Source: a virus | Reading direction: 5' to 3' (one strand) | IMG/VR virus record: IMGVR_UViG_3300042731_006512 | Coordinates: 1-64,000 of that record | Length of the DNA: 64,000 bases | In this document: positions 58,258 through 64,000 of the stretch, one piece after another | Position numbering within the stretch: position 1 is the stretch's first letter | How the letters are laid out: each line of letters begins with the position of its first letter | Made by a program: the position numbers and the translations under genes | Notes under the pieces: model-generated | The model's database searches: none | What the model was told of the DNA's origin: nothing | The model's input: only the letters and a program-made list of their open reading frames with translations

Positions 58258-60772
58258 TATTATTCAACTCCCTAATCCACTCATTGACTTGTTCTTGATT
58301 AGCAACAGAAGTGGTTAGAGAACATTTTACTTTTAGTTGTGTAGGTATTCTCAACCTATCCAAAGTATCAGATAACTCAGTATCAAGAACATCATCTCCT
58401 GTATAGTTTATCAGTGAATCAGGATTTTGTATATTTAATGCATTAGCAATATCATTTATTTCTTTAAGATTTTCTTCTATAAATACATTTCCATCTTCAT
58501 CTGTAAATACTTTGAAACCAGTCTCTTTGCCTAAACTGTTAACAAAAGCTTCAACTTCTTGACCTTCGTCATCACATTCAATATCTTTATTTAAAAATCT
58601 AATAACAGTATTTATAAAAGCAATCATCTGAACAATAGCTAACTTCTTAGCGCTTAATGTAATATAAGTCCCATTACCTCCAATATATAGATTTAACATT
58701 TTCTTAAACTCATCAAAAAGACTACTTACCCAACTATCAATCTTTAAAACACCTTCTCTTAAAAAAGAAATCAAATCTAATATAGTTCCACGCATTTGTT
58801 GTTGGAACCTTTCGAGAGCTAGATTTGTTTCACCGATTTCAGACAAATCTCTTTCACGTAATGCATCTTGATATTCTTGACGCGCTTGAGTTTCTTGTTT
58901 TTTATATCTCTCGAGAGCTTCAGGGTCAGAAGCATCAACATTATTTGCCGCTTTTTTTAATCTTTGAAGATTCTTATAAGCTTTGTCTACAGCAGCTTGT
59001 TCTTTTTGTCTTTGTGTTCTTTGGGCAGGAGTTAAATCAATAGACACAGTTGGAAATGTAGACTCTCCACCTACTACCGTAATAGGTTCAGGTATTAGAT
59101 TACCAAGCACAGGAATCTTAATCTGAGTCTTAGCAGTAGCTGTCGGGTTTAATAGATTAATCTGAGCAGGAATATTCTGAAAAAGGACATTATAATCAAG
59201 TTTACCTAACATATTTTGAATACTGTCTATAATACATTCTATCGGTCGTACTATTAACAAAACATATTTCATTAAACTATCTAATAGATTAGTTAGAAAC
59301 GGAACAAATAATGGAACAACAAGAGAAAGAGCTAAATCAACTACAGCATTCAGTTCAAAAGACAAATCCATCATTAAAGCAGCAAGTAAGGCTAAAATCT
59401 TAGCTAAATCTTCAATACAGACAAAATCTTGAAAAAACTTGAAAAGGGTACAAATATCAATATATTTATCTAAATTTTTAAACATATCAATAAGACTACG
59501 GATTTCAGAAAGAGCACGATTTAACCAAGCTTCCATTACTTCTAACATATAAGAACCAATATCACTTACGCCAGCTTTTAGATTTAGCTCCTCATTAAAC
59601 TTTATTCTTAAAGCGCAAGGAATACATTCACTATTTAAAAAACCACCAATACTGTCTCCACCAGGAAAAAAGTTCTCTCCTATTTTGGTAAAAAAGTTTT
59701 CATTTTCTTTTGGTTCTATATTCACAGAACTTCCGGCAATGGCATTTGAGTTTAGTATTTTATCGCCAACTGTTTCTTTACTTGAAGTATCTGTATAGCT
59801 TGTCATCTGTTTAGAAATAGTTGATGAAAAGTTACGTATAAAATCAAGCCGCGCAGTAAAAGGAGCAAACACAGAAGCCTCTGTCATAGAGGCATGACAC
59901 CCTTTCTCATATGTCTTGACTATAAGATTACAATCTTGAAGTTGTGTCGGATTATCTATTTCAGGCAAGTTTAAAGGAACGCCGACTCCGGTTGAAGAAG
60001 AATCGTCACCTCCACCAGTTCCTGCTTTCCCAGATTTTATATCTCCAGAAGCCTCCGTAGAAGCTTTTGCTTGAGATGATATTCTATTTTGGACATCACC
60101 AACCATTTCGCGAGTAGATTTAGAAATACGCACAAGTTCGTCTGGAATAGCTCCACCAATAATCGGTAACTTCTTCAAAAGCGGCGCAATAAAGTTTTTC
60201 CAAAGCATATTAACCAACGTCTTAAGTAACTCAGCCTGAACCCCTTCCATATCAAGAGGTTCAACAAGCCTATTCTTTTCATCTAACTCTGGACGTAAAC
60301 CACCATTTGTCGCTTCTTCTGTTCCAATACCGCCGACAATAAACTTTCCAGAAGACATTTGGTCTTTAGCATCATCTATATCAGCCCCAGAAATCGCTGA
60401 CCTTAAAGCAACTTTTTCTGAATACTCTCTAAGACTATCTCGACATTTTTTATATTGTTCAAAAGTAACTCTATCAAAGTTTGAAGCATTCGGGTATGAC
60501 CTTCTTAATGCCCTAATAACAGCATTATCAACTTGAGAATCTAGAATAATAAGCTGGTCTTTACTTTTATCGTTTATTTTAAGCTGGACTGCCTGTGCTA
60601 GATTATTAACAGAATCAGCAAGATTCTTTATTTTTAATCTTTTATTGTTTACTTCTTCGAGAGAAGTTTTATCTGGCGCAGCAATAATAGGCGAATCCTG
60701 TTGTTCTGGCTCAATAAACTCGATTTTAGGTCTAAAATCAAGAAGATTCTTACTACGCCTATCAATATCCAC
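58241..60772 (-). CDS. Large hypothetical virion-module protein with a hydrophobic core segment
   Basis: 843-aa ORF between terL and the portal. Coiled-coil ends, a Gly/Ser linker (SGKAGTGGGDDSSSTG), and the hydrophobic stretch LAKILALLAALMMDLSFELNAVVDLALSLVVPLFVPFLTNLL. Confidence 0.45.
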   Translation of the reverse strand: MDIDRRSKNLLDFRPKIEFIEPEQQDSPIIAAPDKTSLEEVNNKRLKIKNLADSVNNLAQAVQLKINDKSKDQLIILDSQVDNAVIRALRRSYPNASNFDRVTFEQYKKCRDSLREYSEKVALRSAISGADIDDAKDQMSSGKFIVGGIGTEEATNGGLRPELDEKNRLVEPLDMEGVQAELLKTLVNMLWKNFIAPLLKKLPIIGGAIPDELVRISKSTREMVGDVQNRISSQAKASTEASGDIKSGKAGTGGGDDSSSTGVGVPLNLPEIDNPTQLQDCNLIVKTYEKGCHASMTEASVFAPFTARLDFIRNFSSTISKQMTSYTDTSSKETVGDKILNSNAIAGSSVNIEPKENENFFTKIGENFFPGGDSIGGFLNSECIPCALRIKFNEELNLKAGVSDIGSYMLEVMEAWLNRALSEIRSLIDMFKNLDKYIDICTLFKFFQDFVCIEDLAKILALLAALMMDLSFELNAVVDLALSLVVPLFVPFLTNLLDSLMKYVLLIVRPIECIIDSIQNMLGKLDYNVLFQNIPAQINLLNPTATAKTQIKIPVLGNLIPEPITVVGGESTFPTVSIDLTPAQRTQRQKEQAAVDKAYKNLQRLKKAANNVDASDPEALERYKKQETQARQEYQDALRERDLSEIGETNLALERFQQQMRGTILDLISFLREGVLKIDSWVSSLFDEFKKMLNLYIGGNGTYITLSAKKLAIVQMIAFINTVIRFLNKDIECDDEGQEVEAFVNSLGKETGFKVFTDEDGNVFIEENLKEINDIANALNIQNPDSLINYTGDDVLDTELSDTLDRLRIPTQLKVKCSLTTSVANQEQVNEWIRELNNNERAS

Positions 60773-60786
60773 AGATATCTATTCCC

Positions 60787-61215
60787 TTAAACTAAAATCT
60801 GTGTTGCTGTTATTCTAAAAACAACATCCTCGTGACTTTCAACATTTGCCCCAGCAGGCACTTCCATTCTAATCCAAAACGGAAGGTAGGTTGCTGTATT
60901 ATATAATCCACTCAAAATAATACTATTTCCATATTCTATAGTTTGCCATTCAGCATAACTCGGTTGAGTATCCCCAGCACTAAGTTTCCAACCATATCCA
61001 TCTGTACCATCAACTATATTCCGACCAGCAGTACTAACTGGACGAAGCTGAATACCAGAATACTGATATGACACATTGTTATTACGAATATACCTTTTTA
61101 TTTCTCTAACAGAAGCAGACTTTCCATCAAAAGACTCGCGCAAAGGATTTGTCATATTACCGTCTTGAGAATACGGATTATCTGGTAAAGCTTCTGGATA
61201 TATATAAATAGACAT
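60787..61215 (-). CDS. Hypothetical small beta-rich protein
   Basis: 142-aa ORF immediately downstream of terL. C-terminal motif LPFWIRMEVPAGANV. Confidence 0.45.
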   Translation of the reverse strand: MSIYIYPEALPDNPYSQDGNMTNPLRESFDGKSASVREIKRYIRNNNVSYQYSGIQLRPVSTAGRNIVDGTDGYGWKLSAGDTQPSYAEWQTIEYGNSIILSGLYNTATYLPFWIRMEVPAGANVESHEDVVFRITATQILV

Positions 61216-61223
61216 TTTTTCTC

Positions 61224-63998
61224 CTAAATATTCTTTCGTACCGGTCTGTTTGTTCTAACAGATAAACCAATAGAACTTCGAGCAATATTTTTCCCTTCAG
61301 ACCACGACCATAATCTTACACTATTATTGTTTGGATTTAAATGTTTACCAGGCGAAGTGTCTGTCAATATTACCTTGTTATCTTTAGAAACACCATCCGT
61401 TCTATTCATATCTGGACGATTTTTCGCTCGTTCATCAATCTTTTTATCGTTCTTTACTACTATAAAACCAGGCATCTCTTCAGGAGTTATCTTTTCTCCT
61501 ATTTTACCAGAAAAAGCAAAATCTATACTGAATCTTGGCTTACCAAAATCAGTTGTTTCAAGAGTAAAAGCAACAAAAGCTAACATTAACGCATCAAGGT
61601 CATGGTCTCCAACTGTTTCATCAGAAGCCTTATATACAGGAACTCCAGAAGTAGTTGTATGGTCTACAATATATCCATTCAGCTGTTTAGTTAATAAATC
61701 ATCAGATTTAGGATAAGAAAACACTCCATGCTCAAACTTTCGAACTGTATTTTCTACAAGAAATGGTTTTGCAGGTTTTTTGATAGGCTGTTTTGTTACA
61801 AGGTCAAATATTTCTACTGTACTGCCAAAACTGTATCCTTTGACTATATCTTTCAATCGGCTATCAGGATGGCCAGCGCCATTTCTTTTAAGGCTCTCCC
61901 AACCAAGTAATCTTAACATTTCGATCTGCGTTGAACCGTGACCTTGATCCACATATATCCATTCAGGCCTCCAGAACTGATTAAGCTCTATTATTTTACG
62001 ACAAGCAGCTGTCTGATTCCATCCATCGCGACTTACTTTTTGTTTATCAACCAAATAAAATCTCTGAACAGCAGGGTTAAATCCTAAAACAGCAATACTT
62101 GTTCCTATTTTTACATCATTCCAATCAACGCCTAATGTATATCTCCAGTTTAAATCTCGCGGCATACCTTTATATTCAAAATCACTCTGTGCAGCTTCAA
62201 TATAGACATTTTGGAATACACCCTCTTCTTGTTCCCCCCAAGCTGCTTCAATCTCGTGTTCATAAGCTATTTCAGTCAACCCCTCTCTAAAAAATGCTTC
62301 CGTTTCTTTGTTCCACATCGGATTAACAGAAGATGGAAAATGAAACTCCTTATATAAACGACTATTACAGTTTTCATAAAACTTACTTCGAGCACCACTT
62401 GGAGTAGACGACATCCAAACAGTAGCATCTGGATGGTCTATCGTTACAGCAAGAGCGGCATTAATATCAGCTTGAGAAAGATAATCAGTTTCGTCAAACA
62501 CAAGTTGATTAGCATCAGAACCACGAACACTTGCAGCATTTCCCCCAGACTTAGTTCCGGCAGTCAACCCTTTAACCATAGAACTATTATGTAGCTCGAG
62601 TCTATATGAAGGAGACTTAACATATCGACTAACAGCATTAGAGGTTGAAATATTCAGATTTATAAGTTGGTCTATACGTTTAAAAATACCATCAATCTGT
62701 TCCTGATATGGAGCAATAACTATACTTTTAAAACCCTCTCCTTCTGGAATACCAGGTTTCACAAACATATTATAAAGTATTGAAATAACTAAACATTCTG
62801 TCTTTCCTGCTCGACGGCCAATGCGAAAAGCCTTGTATTGACTCCGGCAGTTATGAACAACTACACCATCTGCAATAAAGTTATGACGAACATCCACTTC
62901 AATATCATAAACAGGTTGAAGCCCCAAATATTTAATATCAACTATCTTAGTCCGAGATAAAGTTTTCATATTGCCGTGACGTCTATGGTGACGACGCTTC
63001 AATGTTTCAGATAGAGCTATTTTACTTTGTTCTTCTTTACCGAAAACAGGTCCACAGAAATCAAAAAATATCTCTACATCAGAAATCCTCCCTATATTTA
63101 GTACCCGACTAATAGCTCCATCAGGTTTTATATCCTCGTATATATGACTTGCATATATGCCAACCTTTTTAAGTAATAACCTATAAAGACTTAAAAACTC
63201 AAGATTACCGCTACTAAGAGTCAATGAGGCCACTAAAGGTAAATCTTCATTCCGCCCACAGGTACTATTGTATACACAACCATCACCAGACCAACATCTA
63301 TTAATAAAACAAGACAAAGACTTTTTAGAAAACAAAAATGAATAATTTAAAATAGACATTTCACGATTAGTTTTATCTACACAACCTATTTTCCTTAAAA
63401 AAGAAAGAATAGAACTATCTTTGTCAAAAACAGATACAGTCCAGTGTTTTTTATGCACTATACCTTCTTTATCTATTCTTTCTGGATAATATTTTATTGG
63501 GGCATTAATATTAAATCTATCTATTAACAACCTTCTAAACTCTAAAACAAGCTTCGGTCTGGTATTTGTAAAACACAACACATGTTTTTCTCCGACAAGT
63601 CCAGTATTTCTTACATAACCATCAGTAACTATATACCCAAGTATCTTAGCTAAATCATCATCATCTATCTGCCCAAATAAATCAAACTTATTCAATGTGT
63701 ATATTTTTGTACCAACATCAACACCGTCAGATAAACTTTTGTATACACGTTTAAATGCTTTACATTTAAACAAAGGATTTTCGTCACCATCTTTAAACCA
63801 ACTTAAAATAGGATGATTATCTGTTACTTTTAAAGTATCTCCATTTTCCAGATGGAGTTTATATGTATCCCGATAACCGCTGAACCATTTGTTCAAAACC
63901 CTATATGAAGATTGTGTTGTTTTCTTACCTTCGTTATATGTAATAACTTTATCATCTACTTTTACATCTTTTATTTTCTTAACAGCTCCATCCGCCAT
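61224..63998 (-). CDS. terL: Terminase large subunit, 5'-truncated by the window edge and interrupted by an intein
   Basis: The C-extein (61224..62849) has Walker A RIGRRAGKT (about 62799..62819), Walker B QLVFDETDY and a nuclease-domain-like GDHDLDALMLA. The upstream 383 aa are intein sequence. The reading frame continues past position 64000. Confidence 0.8.
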   Translation of the reverse strand: MADGAVKKIKDVKVDDKVITYNEGKKTTQSSYRVLNKWFSGYRDTYKLHLENGDTLKVTDNHPILSWFKDGDENPLFKCKAFKRVYKSLSDGVDVGTKIYTLNKFDLFGQIDDDDLAKILGYIVTDGYVRNTGLVGEKHVLCFTNTRPKLVLEFRRLLIDRFNINAPIKYYPERIDKEGIVHKKHWTVSVFDKDSSILSFLRKIGCVDKTNREMSILNYSFLFSKKSLSCFINRCWSGDGCVYNSTCGRNEDLPLVASLTLSSGNLEFLSLYRLLLKKVGIYASHIYEDIKPDGAISRVLNIGRISDVEIFFDFCGPVFGKEEQSKIALSETLKRRHHRRHGNMKTLSRTKIVDIKYLGLQPVYDIEVDVRHNFIADGVVVHNCRSQYKAFRIGRRAGKTECLVISILYNMFVKPGIPEGEGFKSIVIAPYQEQIDGIFKRIDQLINLNISTSNAVSRYVKSPSYRLELHNSSMVKGLTAGTKSGGNAASVRGSDANQLVFDETDYLSQADINAALAVTIDHPDATVWMSSTPSGARSKFYENCNSRLYKEFHFPSSVNPMWNKETEAFFREGLTEIAYEHEIEAAWGEQEEGVFQNVYIEAAQSDFEYKGMPRDLNWRYTLGVDWNDVKIGTSIAVLGFNPAVQRFYLVDKQKVSRDGWNQTAACRKIIELNQFWRPEWIYVDQGHGSTQIEMLRLLGWESLKRNGAGHPDSRLKDIVKGYSFGSTVEIFDLVTKQPIKKPAKPFLVENTVRKFEHGVFSYPKSDDLLTKQLNGYIVDHTTTSGVPVYKASDETVGDHDLDALMLAFVAFTLETTDFGKPRFSIDFAFSGKIGEKITPEEMPGFIVVKNDKKIDERAKNRPDMNRTDGVSKDNKVILTDTSPGKHLNPNNNSVRLWSWSEGKNIARSSIGLSVRTNRPVRKNI
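62850..63998 (-). mobile_element. Intein with double-motif LAGLIDADG homing endonuclease, inserted just upstream of the terL Walker A loop (N-terminal splice junction outside the window)
   Basis: Hint N-region ADGAVKKIKDVKVDDKV with block B TDNHPIL. LAGLIDADG motifs LAKILGYIVTDGY (63614..63652) and FINRCWSGDGC (63276..63308). C-terminal blocks VYDIEVDVRHNFIADGVVVHN, followed by the +1 Cys (codon 62847..62849). Confidence 0.8.
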
Positions 63999-64000
63999 AA

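Noticed and set aside
407-62290. All plus-strand ORFs in the track (60-152 aa, for example 1069..1506, 27807..28265, 41442..41870, 55013..55399, 61327..61716)
   Set aside because: Each lies antisense to and wholly inside (or straddles the junctions of) long minus-strand ORFs with recognisable protein families. They are low-complexity, Ile/Phe/Ser/Cys-rich translations typical of the reverse strand of AT-rich coding sequence, and none has a convincing SD.
1-64000. tRNA, rRNA, CRISPR arrays, integrase/att sites, stop-codon recoding
   Set aside because: Intergenic space is almost nil (largest gaps are about 85, 86 and 68 nt, explained by terminators and RBSs). I saw no repeat-spacer periodicity. 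Long ORFs are intact under the standard code, so no recoding needs to be invoked.

Overview
The window is one continuous late (virion structural) operon of a large, visibly AT-rich tailed phage or prophage. Every credible gene is on the minus strand, so transcription runs from the right edge to the left. Genes are tightly packed: many stop/start overlaps, strong AGGAGG-type Shine-Dalgarno sites, and only two clear rho-independent terminators. Gene order, right to left: terminase large subunit (5' end outside the window, interrupted by a LAGLIDADG intein); a small protein; an 843-aa unknown; portal fused to a MuF-like domain; protease/scaffold-like protein; a capsid-associated protein; HK97-type major capsid protein; a head-module fibre with Ig-like partner; neck genes; tail sheath; tail tube plus two tube paralogues; chaperone-like genes; three giant ORFs (1249, 1443 and 1940 aa); a baseplate (V-like spike, inserted HNH endonuclease, gp25/W-like, J-like, DUF2313-like); a long series of fibre and receptor-binding-like proteins; and a methyltransferase-fold gene. 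The sheath and tube indicate a contractile tail. I saw no tRNA, rRNA or CRISPR. The most interesting signal is in the 1443-aa ORF, which sits where a tape measure would be expected. It carries a collinear set of motifs matching the catalytic double-psi beta-barrel of multisubunit RNA polymerase beta-prime, including a DxDxD triad, which suggests a cryptic and possibly virion-delivered RNA polymerase. Other notable points: two selfish elements (the intein, and an HNH gene bracketed by a 24-nt direct repeat); a probable nested scaffold start; a gp25-like gene with no canonical start codon; tube-gene triplication; and tandem giant paralogues. All functional calls come from by-eye motif recognition and synteny, with no database searches.
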